From the IMG/VR virus record IMGVR_UViG_3300032397_000006, positions 32,001-96,000 of that record: 64,000 nucleotides of DNA; one strand, given 5' to 3'. A program made the translations under genes and the position numbers. Below the pieces are notes generated by a model. That model worked only from the letters and a program-made list of their open reading frames with translations. It was not told where the DNA came from and did no database searches. Source of the DNA: a virus. Shown piece after piece: positions 35,228 to 45,417 of the stretch. Positions within the stretch are counted from its first letter, which is position 1. Each line of letters opens with the position of its first letter.

Positions 35228-36820
35228 TCAGAATAATGGAGCGTCCTCAACAACCTCGCTATCGCCTAGCAGCACAGACTCCCAATTTTCGCCCAACACC
35301 TCGTCATCATCGTCCGCGTCCGCATCATCGAACGCAAAACCGAACCCACCCAGACGGGACGCCTCGGTCGCGATCCACCACGCCATAACGGTGTCATCAT
35401 GCGATCCAACGCCCTGCAATTTACCGTCGATATAACCGAATTGTCGCGACTCCTGAATCCATATATCGGTCTGCACGATGCTGTACTCGTCGCCCCTAGG
35501 GATCACGAGCTTACGATTCTCGAGCAGTAGCCGCTGACCAGGCACGCCTCGATCAAGCGGGTATTTGTTCGTCGCAAGCGTCACGAATTCCTTGATCGGT
35601 AAATCCGTTTCACGACGCAGCTCCGAACTGTAGAGCTGCTGCATAGCGTTCGACTCGATCAAAATCAGCGCCGGATCGTAAAGCTGCGCAGCGAGCTCGA
35701 TCTCATGCAACTGCGCGCGGAACGGAAGCCCTTTGCTACGCCGAATATCGAGCACGTATTGATTACCCTTACGATCGCGCCCGATCACGAAGATCACAAA
35801 GTAGTCGGCGCCTACGCTCGCACTGCGTGCGATATCCACGCCGAAATAAACAGTAAGGCCGTGCGCCTGAATCTCCGCCTTCGACATGCGCAAGCGCAAA
35901 GTATCGTCAAAGCACGGCGGAAACAGATGCTCAGGAAAGATCGAGACGTCATCAGAGATCGGTTCGCACATAATCTCGCGAGCAAAGGAAACGCTCCCGA
36001 TTTCAGCACGCCTTGCTTTCAGCTGCGGGAGCGTCCAGCGATAAGGGAACAGCGCGCGCTCAGTACCATCAGAAGATCGAACGATGCCTGGAAATTTCGC
36101 GAACACGTAAGAGCGATTCTTACGCAGGTACCCGTAAAGATCATTCGAGCTAAACGGCGTACCTACCACGACCAGCTGCCCGTCAGGCGGCACCATGTTA
36201 GTTATGGCGCTCTTAAAATATTCGATATTCTTTCGCCGTACCGTCTCGCTCCACATATCCTCGTCGTTAATCGGATCGTCGAGCACGACGTACTTAGGAT
36301 GCCGTCCGCGCATGGCTTTACCGTAGCCGGCCACTCGGATACGCGAGCCGTTGGTAAATCGAGCGTCGCTCCTATTCAGACGCAAACGGGGATCACTGCG
36401 GTGAAAGCCGACGCGCTCAGGTACCATTTTCGCAACGAGCGGAATATCGACCATTCCTTTCAGGTTGTTGCGCCCGTAAAGAATAATGTCTAGGAATTCC
36501 TGCGCCTGCTCGAGCGTGTTCGAAAAGACGTAGACCTCGCAGCCTGGCTCACGCCATGCACGCCAGATTGGATACGCGTACGAAAAGAACGCGGATTTTC
36601 CGTGGTCCCGAGCTGCGTTCAGTCCGATCCTGTTCTGCGCTGAAACGAGGTCGGACCACGCCACAATATGCGGGCCGATCTCGAGATTAAGCACCTCTTT
36701 TGAAAACAGGGCTAAATCCGTACGCAGCAAAGCTTCGAATAACTGAGCTCGATCCTTCTCGTCCAGCGACTCGTACAGCTCTGTGAAATAAGCCTCATCC
36801 CGAGCACTCACGGCGAGCAA
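35228..36820 (-). CDS. terL: terminase large subunit
   Basis: Walker A AARDHGKS, MRGRHP, Walker B VVLDD, VVGTP, nuclease GVDIA and HDDTVMA. Confidence 0.95.
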   Translation of the reverse strand: MLAVSARDEAYFTELYESLDEKDRAQLFEALLRTDLALFSKEVLNLEIGPHIVAWSDLVSAQNRIGLNAARDHGKSAFFSYAYPIWRAWREPGCEVYVFSNTLEQAQEFLDIILYGRNNLKGMVDIPLVAKMVPERVGFHRSDPRLRLNRSDARFTNGSRIRVAGYGKAMRGRHPKYVVLDDPINDEDMWSETVRRKNIEYFKSAITNMVPPDGQLVVVGTPFSSNDLYGYLRKNRSYVFAKFPGIVRSSDGTERALFPYRWTLPQLKARRAEIGSVSFAREIMCEPISDDVSIFPEHLFPPCFDDTLRLRMSKAEIQAHGLTVYFGVDIARSASVGADYFVIFVIGRDRKGNQYVLDIRRSKGLPFRAQLHEIELAAQLYDPALILIESNAMQQLYSSELRRETDLPIKEFVTLATNKYPLDRGVPGQRLLLENRKLVIPRGDEYSIVQTDIWIQESRQFGYIDGKLQGVGSHDDTVMAWWIATEASRLGGFGFAFDDADADDDDEVLGENWESVLLGDSEVVEDAPLF

Positions 36821-37604
36821 TCCCCTCTGCGAAATCTAACCGCGCAAATGTCAGAGCAAACTTCAAAGTGCCCAATCCACCCGGGTAGCGAGAACGCACG
36901 CCACGGCAATCGCAGCGGCACGTCGACCTCAAGGCAGATAGAAGCACCGCAGCAGTCGCAACGATACAAGATCAGCTTGCCTATTTCACGGTGCACCACA
37001 CCGCGAACGTAACACGTAAGGGCTCCTCGCAAGTTCGAGGACATGCGAGGAGCGCGGACACGGCAGCAAGCAATAAAGCTTACCAGCGGCGGGACCGCTG
37101 ATTTACCGCTATGTCTACGCTGGGCAGTCTAGCCCGGGACTACGCCAGTACAGAAACTCATTTCCAGAACGCGACAGCCTGGCAGCTCGTGCAGAAGTAG
37201 GGACCTCGACCGTCCCGACTCTTAGGCGGGATCACCTTGCTCCGGCAGCACGGGGATATGTTCCGAGCGATCGCTATGCGTCTCTGCTTCTCAGCTGCCT
37301 GCGCGGCAACATCGTCTTGCTGCTCCACACTTTGCATGCGCCTTATTACCCTTATCGCTGCGTGCAGTCAAACAACACGATCTGCGCACGCGGGAGTGTC
37401 GACGCGCAGGCTCCAAACAATTTCGCTCGTCCAGTAGCAGCGCACCTCGAGCGACTCTGCATTGGCAGCAAACGATCGCAAGCATGCTTTCGCCGCAGAA
37501 AGCGTCGCGAAAGGTGCCGCTGCTACGTAGCCGTCTACCTCGGCTATATAGCGATATTCGATCAGCTGGCCCATGGGGGATAAACATAGCAGGCCAACCG
37601 GGCT

Positions 37605-37793
37605 TTATCCAACGCAACGCCAACGGCGCGACACCCTATCGAACGAAACACGCCCTGATTTTTTCAGCCGGCGAAGCGCGAGATCGATTTCGTTGTCCGC
37701 AAATGGGCCCACCTCCAATCGAACACGACTTAGCGTCGTGCCCAATTTTCCAGCTTCCTTGATCACCCGTGCGACCCGTTCCTCGTCTAGCAT
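37605..37793 (-). CDS. small winged-helix DNA-binding protein
   Basis: EIDLALRRLKKSGRVSF....RW wing motif. Confidence 0.6.
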   Translation of the reverse strand: MLDEERVARVIKEAGKLGTTLSRVRLEVGPFADNEIDLALRRLKKSGRVSFDRVSRRWRCVG

Positions 37794-37887
37794 TTATCAC
37801 TCCGTAACGTAACTGCGCGCGGCACCGAGCACACACGGCCAAACGCGCGGTGTGTACCAGGCGCCGCGTACGGCGCGCAAGCATTCC

Positions 37888-38256
37888 TCAGCCTAGCCGC
37901 TTCCCGCCGTGCCGATACGATCGCGTCGCATTAAACGCGATCTTCTCAGCGAGCACAGGAGCAAGGATCAAACCTCGCGAAACGGCTGTGCTTGCTACGC
38001 GTAGCAGGACGTCCGCCAATTCAGAGCGCACCCCCTCAGGACCGCGATCAGACGACAACCGATCTGCAAATCCGAGCTCGCGATACGCCTCGAGCGCTTC
38101 GCTACACTCGGAATGCAACAGCGCCACCTGATCTCCGAACGTAAGCGGCTGATCGTACCATCCGCGCGCACGAGCTTCCTCGTAGACAAGGATCGCAAAT
38201 CGATCGAACGCTTCTCCGAATTCAAGTGCCGCTGCTAGCGTGGCCTCCGAAATCAC
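37888..38256 (-). CDS. MazG-like nucleotide pyrophosphohydrolase
   Basis: ALLHSECSEALEA.R...SELADVLLR...K..FN..R.YRHGGK. Confidence 0.88.
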   Translation of the reverse strand: MISEATLAAALEFGEAFDRFAILVYEEARARGWYDQPLTFGDQVALLHSECSEALEAYRELGFADRLSSDRGPEGVRSELADVLLRVASTAVSRGLILAPVLAEKIAFNATRSYRHGGKRLG

Positions 38257-38888
38257 GCAGACGGGCTGCCGTGGAAGTCGACGAAGCCCCCCTCAAATTT
38301 CAGACGAAGCCCACCACCTTCGATCAACTCGACAGCGGCACCTTCGGCACGCAGCCTGTGCCCGCCAAGGGCCATCATGAATCCGGGGACCGCGATCGAC
38401 GTCGCAATCGACGCCTTCGCGGGCTTTTCGACACGCACCTTAGGTGCGGCAGCCTTAGCCGGGGACGCGGGAGACGCCTCGATTTTCGCGGGAGCCTCGG
38501 CTGTTCGCAACTTCGGCGGACGTCCGCGACGCTTCGGTGCGGCAGCCGCAAGCTCGGAATGATGCCCGTTGCCGTTGCTGTGCCCGTTGCCGTTAGAAGC
38601 TGCGGCAGCCTTCGGCGGACGTCCGCGACGCTTCGGCGCGACAGCCGCAGGCGCAGCGGACGCTGCAGACGCAGCCGCCTTCGGAGGCCTGCCCCGACGC
38701 TTCGGCGCCGCGGCCCCATCGTCCGAAACAGCGGGTAGCTTTTGCTGCGCCGCAAGGCCCAGCGCAAACATACGCACCTGCACTGCGGTCGGCGTGCGAC
38801 CAAGAGTGCTTGCGATCTGCTCATAAGACTGTCCGGCCGCGAGCCCTTCGCGCACCGCAGCATCATCCGTTGAATTCCACTCAGCCAT
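38253..38888 (-). CDS. HTH plus triple AT-hook (HMGA/CarD-like) nucleoid-type protein
   Basis: W...DD...G.SYEQIASTLGRT..AV..R; three PKRRGRPPK repeats. Confidence 0.8.
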   Translation of the reverse strand: MAEWNSTDDAAVREGLAAGQSYEQIASTLGRTPTAVQVRMFALGLAAQQKLPAVSDDGAAAPKRRGRPPKAAASAASAAPAAVAPKRRGRPPKAAAASNGNGHSNGNGHHSELAAAAPKRRGRPPKLRTAEAPAKIEASPASPAKAAAPKVRVEKPAKASIATSIAVPGFMMALGGHRLRAEGAAVELIEGGGLRLKFEGGFVDFHGSPSA

Positions 38889-39035
38889 TTTTTCGTCCCC
38901 TTATCCGCAACTCAGGGACGATCCCCCGTCCGGAAGGTTGCGCTAGCGCGAAGCTCGATAATTCAGCGCGCCGTGTATTCCTATCACGTTAACTGCGGCC
39001 CTAATGAAAATCAAGCTACGCGTGTCTTTTGCGCG

Positions 39036-39413
39036 CTAGTGCAACTGCGAATTCGTAGGTAGCGCAAACAAAGCCTCCCGCAGCCCAGGGGGGAGATCTG
39101 AAAGTAACGCGGGCTGTGAGTCGAGCATGCGAACGACCTCCGCCAACGTATCGGCCTCGTCGACATCCGCGCAGTTTTCGACCAGTCGCGCAAACGCTAC
39201 CGCTCTAACAAGGCCAACGACGACAGCCAGATAAGGCGCACGCGCTCCAATTGCCACGTGCACGTGTCCGTGCGCGCACACCGAAAGATCAACAGTGAGG
39301 GTCTCAAGTTCCACACTCACGTAAATCGGCACTCTCGACATGCAGGGCGCAAGCTGCTGCAGCAACGCAGGCACACCCAGCGAATCCCAGAAAATAGATC
39401 TGCCCTTACTCAC
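39036..39413 (-). CDS. hypothetical protein
   Basis: Coupled ORF. Confidence 0.5.
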   Translation of the reverse strand: MSKGRSIFWDSLGVPALLQQLAPCMSRVPIYVSVELETLTVDLSVCAHGHVHVAIGARAPYLAVVVGLVRAVAFARLVENCADVDEADTLAEVVRMLDSQPALLSDLPPGLREALFALPTNSQLH

Positions 39414-40191
39414 GCAGGCACCCGGAGCGCGGCTTGGTCACGAATGGTGTTTTCGAGGCGCGAGGCAACACGCTGTGCGGACGCGCGTGGTCAATCGTCA
39501 ATTGCGCAAGTGCTGCCACCTCAGGATCAATCTCGTAACCAAGGCCTGCACGTCCGAGCTCTGCCGCAGCTAATAACGTCGAACCGCCTCCCGCAAAGGG
39601 ATCAAGGATCAGTTCCCCGGGTTGCGTGAAGTCAGCGATCAGCTGGCGCATCAGAGACGCGGGCTTCTGCGTGGAGTGCCGCCGATAGCGACGCTCGGCC
39701 GCGTCTCGGTAGACGCCAGCCATGCCGCGGCAGTTCCAGATACTGCGCTCTTGCCCTGCCCATACGGCGACGATCGCCTCTGCTGCTGCCGCGGGCCCGT
39801 CCCCTGAAAATTTAGGCGCTACGTTCGGCTTTACCCAAACCATCGTAGTTCGGCGCCGAGCTCCCGCAGCCAGTAGCAACTTTTGCCAGGCGGCAACTCC
39901 CTCGAGAGCGCTAAACACGAGGATCCACCCACGGCTCAGTCGCACAAACTCATGCGCGCACGCAAACCGCTCAGCCTCCGTAATTGCCGCAAACGGCATA
40001 GCCGGCTTAACGATTACGCCTCCATTGTAAGATCGCCTGTTCCCCGGAGCGTGCACGAACTCCTCGTAAGGCGGATCAGTGATCACGTGATTCACGCTCT
40101 TGTCCGCAAGCTGCGTGAGCCCGCGGGCAGGATCGAAACACGACAGCGGGTGCACGATGCTATTCACAACCCGAGCACCTGATACTGCCAC
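39406..40191 (-). CDS. N4-cytosine/N6-adenine DNA methyltransferase (beta class)
   Basis: VITDPPY, H.TQKP, ILDPFAGGGST, GYEID. Start may be about 40167. Confidence 0.92.
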   Translation of the reverse strand: MAVSGARVVNSIVHPLSCFDPARGLTQLADKSVNHVITDPPYEEFVHAPGNRRSYNGGVIVKPAMPFAAITEAERFACAHEFVRLSRGWILVFSALEGVAAWQKLLLAAGARRRTTMVWVKPNVAPKFSGDGPAAAAEAIVAVWAGQERSIWNCRGMAGVYRDAAERRYRRHSTQKPASLMRQLIADFTQPGELILDPFAGGGSTLLAAAELGRAGLGYEIDPEVAALAQLTIDHARPHSVLPRASKTPFVTKPRSGCLRE

Positions 40192-40448
40192 TCCTCGACC
40201 GCGCAGACCTCAGCCTCTGAAACTTGATCCGGGTAGCGAAACGCTTTCAGCTCCACCACATCCATCTCAATGCCCTGATCTTGCGGCTTGCTCACGACCG
40301 AAATCAAACCAGGCTCACGCGCGCACACGCGGGCAATCTGTTTGCCGTCCACCTCGACGATCACCGTGATCGATTTCGCTGCGTCTAAGCCAGCACCTTC
40401 AATCACGTAACGGCGTCGCTGAAAATACGCACGTGTCCACTCAGTCAT
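40164..40448 (-). CDS. hypothetical protein
   Basis: TGATG coupling. Confidence 0.5.
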   Translation of the reverse strand: MTEWTRAYFQRRRYVIEGAGLDAAKSITVIVEVDGKQIARVCAREPGLISVVSKPQDQGIEMDVVELKAFRYPDQVSEAEVCAVEEWQYQVLGL

Positions 40449-40954
40449 CAGTGCCCCTTCACCTGCCAGAACTCATTCATAGCCTGCCCGCACGGGATTT
40501 GCGTCCAGCCTGCACGCACAGCGCGCTCGTGATCCCCGCGGGAGTCTCCCCAATGGTCAGGATCGCATGCCGCGCGCACGCGCCCGTCGACGATCTCTGT
40601 CGCATGCGCAAGCATGGATAGCCACTTACCGCGGTGCTTTTCCCAATCCACAGTATTGGGCCACGACGACGGCTTATTACCCTGTGCGTCCAGCTCCTCA
40701 AGCCACGCACGATTCGCGGCAATCTTGCTGTAACGCTCAAGCATTTGTTCGTAGTAGGTGTGGCTTTCCATATCGGCTCGCTTTTGCACCACGGCATGAA
40801 TCGCTGCACAGTCGTCTGTGATTTTCCAGCCCGCTTCTTTTACGCAAGTGCGAGCTAGCAATAGTGCCGCCTGCAATCTCGACGCGGGCGGTAAAGCTCG
40901 AGCGGGAGACACACTGGCAAGTAGCACAAGACAGATCAATAGTGTTTTCGGCAT
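40448..40954 (-). CDS. secreted cell-wall hydrolase-like protein (SleB/Hydrolase_2-like), candidate endolysin
   Basis: Signal peptide ending ARA; LARTCVKEAG..AI..VV..R motif. Confidence 0.55.
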   Translation of the reverse strand: MPKTLLICLVLLASVSPARALPPASRLQAALLLARTCVKEAGWKITDDCAAIHAVVQKRADMESHTYYEQMLERYSKIAANRAWLEELDAQGNKPSSWPNTVDWEKHRGKWLSMLAHATEIVDGRVRAACDPDHWGDSRGDHERAVRAGWTQIPCGQAMNEFWQVKGH

Positions 40955-41182
40955 TCAGTCCTCATCTTCGAAGAACCGAGGATAACTGCGCGAGTCAGCT
41001 GCCCCCGGCTCCTCCGGTTGTTGTGCTCGCCGCTGTTCTAAAACAACAGCGAAGCCCTCCGTTGTCGCTGAAAAATGGATCGGCGCGTAGCCTTCCATAG
41101 CAGCCTTGTTTAGCCCAGAGATAAGTGCACGGAAACCATCGCTCGATAAATTATGCCAAGCTCCCGCATATCTCGGTTTCAC
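40955..41182 (-). CDS. hypothetical protein
   Basis: Coupled ORF. Confidence 0.5.
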   Translation of the reverse strand: MKPRYAGAWHNLSSDGFRALISGLNKAAMEGYAPIHFSATTEGFAVVLEQRRAQQPEEPGAADSRSYPRFFEDED

Positions 41183-41946
41183 TCGTCATCTCCCGATCGG
41201 CGCTCCGCATTAATCACGATCTCCGGTTGATCGTTTAGTTCGGGCTGCCGACGGCGCACGAGAACACGCGCCATAGCGCGCAGATCCTCTGAGCTCATTG
41301 CGCTAACGCCACCGCTCTCGTGCGCGTCTACGTCAGGAAGGCGTTCATTCGCGCCAGCAGAGCGCTCGATCGCCTCTCCTCGCTTCAACATGATTTGCTT
41401 ATCTAGCGCGATAAAAGCGGCAACAAACCGATCCAGCGACGGCATGCGCAAACCGTACATAGGAAGCCCTGCCAAAGGATTAGGCTCGTTATCCTCGAGA
41501 AACTCCGGATGCAGCTTGATCGCGCCGCCTCGCGAGGTCAGCGGGAATAGGTAGCGCGCCATATTATCGCGGGCGCTTTCCATCGCCTCAATCTCAGAAA
41601 CACGTTGATTCGCGATTTGCTCGGCACGCTTCGCCAGAATCCGAGCCTCGATCTGGCTCCACCACTGCGCGCGCCGATCCTGCCACTTACCGTCATTCGC
41701 CCAATTGTAAAACGTGGTCGTTGACACGTGCTTACGCCACGGGCGATCCAGCCTGGAGTAATGCTCCAACACGCTGCGTTGCTCTGGATCCGTGACGAAA
41801 TCAATCGTCGCCATTTCGCGAAGGCGTGGGCCTGTAATCGGAGCATCAGGCCGCACCTCTAACTGCAGCGGTACACCCGACTCGATCACAGTCGCTTCAG
41901 CGACACGCATAGCCCGCGCACGCTTTAACGGCTTCGGCTTAGTCAC
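41179..41946 (-). CDS. putative terminase small subunit
   Basis: VS.TT.YNW....W..RR HTH followed by helical segments; start estimated. Confidence 0.5.
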   Translation of the reverse strand: MTKPKPLKRARAMRVAEATVIESGVPLQLEVRPDAPITGPRLREMATIDFVTDPEQRSVLEHYSRLDRPWRKHVSTTTFYNWANDGKWQDRRAQWWSQIEARILAKRAEQIANQRVSEIEAMESARDNMARYLFPLTSRGGAIKLHPEFLEDNEPNPLAGLPMYGLRMPSLDRFVAAFIALDKQIMLKRGEAIERSAGANERLPDVDAHESGGVSAMSSEDLRAMARVLVRRRQPELNDQPEIVINAERRSGDDE

Positions 41947-42499
41947 GACGACACGTCTGTAGCAAAGTGCGGAGTACGTCTGAGTCCCGTGCCGCAAGCA
42001 CGCTCGCAGCGGCGTCGTAGCAATGCTCGCGCTTCCCCCGAGGTACCCGCGCGACCTCCACATCAATGCCGGACATGCGAGCAGCTACACCGCGGGCGAC
42101 GTCTTCTTTCGAGGCACTCTTATTCGAGGCCACTGCGAGCTTGATAGCCTGCGGAGAAATCGAAACGATCGGCAACGAAAAGCGCTCGGCTTGTGCGGCA
42201 ATTACTCCCCACGACATCGCCATTTTCGCAGCCACGCTCGAGCTCCGCGGAAAGCTCATAGCCTCGAGACACAAAGCAAGCGGCGTAAAGGCCTCGATCA
42301 ATTCGCGGAGCAACGCTGCTATTTCTCGCGCCCTTCGCACGTTGTCATGCGCTGCGTACGTGTTCTGTTTTTTGTCGGCTTTCTCTGTGCTGATCAGACC
42401 AGCCAACACCGCGCGAGGCTGCACGTCAAATAGGTCCACGACAGCCCACCCGAAATTGGCAAACCCCGGATCGATGCCTATGACACGCAGCGCTTTCAT
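41939..42499 (-). CDS. ruvC: RuvC Holliday junction resolvase
   Basis: IGIDPG...GWAV, LEA, PQ.IK.AV....ASKEDV, H.YDA. Confidence 0.92.
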   Translation of the reverse strand: MKALRVIGIDPGFANFGWAVVDLFDVQPRAVLAGLISTEKADKKQNTYAAHDNVRRAREIAALLRELIEAFTPLALCLEAMSFPRSSSVAAKMAMSWGVIAAQAERFSLPIVSISPQAIKLAVASNKSASKEDVARGVAARMSGIDVEVARVPRGKREHCYDAAASVLAARDSDVLRTLLQTCRRD

Positions 42500-45417
42500 A
42501 CCCTCACCAGCACCGAACCTTGCGGCGTCGAGCGCATTTCGATCACGTGATCAAATTCACCCTGAACGCTCAGATCGTGATCCACCACAATCACGGTATC
42601 ACGCTGCAGCGTGCGCAGCAGATTCACAGCTAGCGCTTTCTGCTGCGCGCCCAAATGCGTAGTGAGCTCATCGATCAAAAGCAACTTCAGGCGCGAGCCT
42701 AGCCGCGAGAAAATAAGGGCTGCGATTCCGAATGGCGAAAACGAGAGCTCCGCGCAGCGACGCTCGCCGCCTGACAATTGCTCGTAACGTCGTTCTCTGA
42801 TCTGTCGCGTGAACGGATCAAACTGCCGGAACAGCACGCGCAGATCGTCGTCACCCATCTCGAGCGCTACGTAAATCGAGCCCTGTGTCAGCTCACCGAG
42901 AAAGCGATTTACGTGCATTTCAAGATCCGAGATCGCCGAGCGCAGCACGAGGACGGGCAGTCCCTTTGCGCTGAACGCGCGCACCCAGAAAGAAAGCGCG
43001 CTCTCCTCAAGCTCTAGCGCCTGCCTTTCGTCTGTTAGCCGTTGAAGCTCAAGCGTTAACGCGCGCTCGCGTTCTTTCTGCTCGCTTTGCTTCACCAACC
43101 ACGGATTAATCGCGCCCTTCATTTGCGCGAAACTGGCCGTAATTCGCGCGGTCTGCTGCTCAGCATTCGCCAAATTTGAACGCAGCTGTGCGAACGTGGT
43201 CAACGCTTGCGCGATCTGCGCGAGCGCGCGCTGTACGTCGTCGAGCTGCGCACGCACGCCCTGCCTTTGCGCGTCGTGCTCCGCCGTGAGCGCGCCCAGG
43301 GCTACAACGGCGTCGCTCATGCGTATATCGTAAGATCGGAGCTGATCACTCAGACCGTTGATCTCTCTTTCGAGCAGCTCTAAGTGCTCCTCCGCTGCCG
43401 GCGCGTCGAACAAGCGTTTGCACGTAGGGCACGCAACGCCTTGCCCCGCCTGCCGCGATTCCATCGCCTTCTGCAAATGTCGGCGTTTTTCGAGGCCTGC
43501 ATTCTCGAGCGCCGTCTTTTCGGCGCGGTGCCCTGCCAGCTGCTGCTGCAGCTGCGCGATGCGCTCCGCTGCGGGAAACCGCACGAGCTGATCAGACAGT
43601 AAGGTCCGGTGCGCCTCGTGCTGACCCCGCGAGAGCTGCCAGCTCTCCTCGCCCTCGAGCCCCTGTTTACACTGCGTAATCACATTCTGATGATGCGCGT
43701 ACTCTACAACGAGAGCATCCCATTGCGACGCTTGCTCACTATCCCAGCGCTGCGCGGCTGCGGTGTAGTCCTGCGTCTGAATTTCGCTAAGGCTCCCATT
43801 ACAGGTAGAAACCTGATGCTTCGTTGTGTCGAGCCGCGTCAAAACACGTGCGAGACGTTCCCTTGTCAATTTCGCCGCGGGCTCACACGCGTCAAGCCCG
43901 TACGCAGTCGACAGAATTTCTTTTCTCCGCTTGTCTGCTGCGATCAAGAAATTCCCGACTGCACCCTGACCGAGCGACACGCACGCGCGCCATAGCGTGA
44001 AATCGAGCCCTATTACTCGGTCAATCCGTTCCTGCTGATCACGCACACCGTCCGCGTCGGCCGCTCCCTCGATCGTTACCTTCGCGCCCTTACCTCGCTT
44101 TTTCACGCGCTCCACTGAAAAGGGCTGATCGTCTACGAGCAGAAAAACATGCACGCTCGTACTCGAGGCGTCATCGTGGATCACGTCGTCGCCAGATAAT
44201 GACGGCGCATCAGCCCCTACTTTACGCGGGGTTGTTGCGCCGTAGAAACACCACGTGATCGCGTCGAGCAGCGCTGTTTTTCCAACGCCTTGATCTCCGC
44301 GCAATAGCAGTAGCCCTTGCTCCGCAAGGTCAATGGAAACCTCCCCGCGCAACGCACAGAAGTCACGCGCGGTAGCTCTCACAAATTGAACCGTCTGCCC
44401 GATCGGTGCGAGATTCCGGACCTGAGAAACATCGTGCAGTAGTGCGTGCCCGAGCTCGACAAGTTGTTCTGCCGGCATCGCGGGCAACGGATCAGCAAGC
44501 GACACGTAGACAGGCAGCGCCGCTTCAAGCGCCATCGCCGTAGCGGAGCTCGATTGGCTTTCCGCGCGCACAGGACGAGGGCGCACGTCGCGCGCGGGCA
44601 GAAGTGCTAGCGACGACTCGAGTACGCCCTGAGGCGTCTCTGCTGGCCACAGCACCTCGACAACATCCTGTGCACGCACGCTTGCCGCACGCACGGGGAT
44701 CTCGTGCAGATCCATCCGTACGTGTTTCGGCATGTCGTCGAAATCCACGAAATACGGCTTGATATCGTGCGACGTGACGATCGCAACACCGTGAGGCGTG
44801 TCCCGCTCGCCAAAATTCATTTCAAACGGCGAACCTACGTACCAGGTGCAAGCGCCTAGCTGCTGGCGCTTATGATAATGCCCCACGTAGCAAGCGCGAG
44901 CGCAGGCCTCGATATCAACGAGCGTCACTCTGCCGGCCGCGACGTGAGCCTGATTCGTAACCGCGCCCTGCACCTCAGCATGCGCAAAGATCGTCCACTT
45001 CTCATCTCCCGCAAGCGCCCAGAACAATTCAGCCTGCGCCTGCGGACTCTCACGCCACGGCAAGAACACCGTGCGTTCTTCGAAACGCACCATCGGCTCG
45101 GTGGCGACTTGGATATTAGGAAACGCTGAAAACACGTCGACACCGTGCACGGTGCCGTCGACAGTCACCTGATCGTGGTTGCCCGGAATCAGGATCAGGT
45201 CGAGGTTATCCTTTTGCCACTGCTCGAATTCGCGCTGCACCGCGTGCAGCTGGCGCACCTGCAGAGTACCGCGCCGTTCCCAGAAATCACCCAGGCACAC
45301 AACCTTAGATCTCGTTTTCAACGCGAGTCGGCGAACACGCTGCAGCACTTCAAGGCAACGATCTAGCGTGCGCGCCTCGACGTGCAGATCTGTAAACACC
45401 ACGTAGCTGAAATTCAC
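42496..45417 (-). CDS. single-chain SbcD(Mre11)-SbcC(Rad50) nuclease/ATPase
   Basis: TDLH, GD, GNHD, GHYH; Walker A GDQGVGKT; hook CPTC; LSGGE; LLIDE. Confidence 0.92.
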   Translation of the reverse strand: MNFSYVVFTDLHVEARTLDRCLEVLQRVRRLALKTRSKVVCLGDFWERRGTLQVRQLHAVQREFEQWQKDNLDLILIPGNHDQVTVDGTVHGVDVFSAFPNIQVATEPMVRFEERTVFLPWRESPQAQAELFWALAGDEKWTIFAHAEVQGAVTNQAHVAAGRVTLVDIEACARACYVGHYHKRQQLGACTWYVGSPFEMNFGERDTPHGVAIVTSHDIKPYFVDFDDMPKHVRMDLHEIPVRAASVRAQDVVEVLWPAETPQGVLESSLALLPARDVRPRPVRAESQSSSATAMALEAALPVYVSLADPLPAMPAEQLVELGHALLHDVSQVRNLAPIGQTVQFVRATARDFCALRGEVSIDLAEQGLLLLRGDQGVGKTALLDAITWCFYGATTPRKVGADAPSLSGDDVIHDDASSTSVHVFLLVDDQPFSVERVKKRGKGAKVTIEGAADADGVRDQQERIDRVIGLDFTLWRACVSLGQGAVGNFLIAADKRRKEILSTAYGLDACEPAAKLTRERLARVLTRLDTTKHQVSTCNGSLSEIQTQDYTAAAQRWDSEQASQWDALVVEYAHHQNVITQCKQGLEGEESWQLSRGQHEAHRTLLSDQLVRFPAAERIAQLQQQLAGHRAEKTALENAGLEKRRHLQKAMESRQAGQGVACPTCKRLFDAPAAEEHLELLEREINGLSDQLRSYDIRMSDAVVALGALTAEHDAQRQGVRAQLDDVQRALAQIAQALTTFAQLRSNLANAEQQTARITASFAQMKGAINPWLVKQSEQKERERALTLELQRLTDERQALELEESALSFWVRAFSAKGLPVLVLRSAISDLEMHVNRFLGELTQGSIYVALEMGDDDLRVLFRQFDPFTRQIRERRYEQLSGGERRCAELSFSPFGIAALIFSRLGSRLKLLLIDELTTHLGAQQKALAVNLLRTLQRDTVIVVDHDLSVQGEFDHVIEMRSTPQGSVLVRV

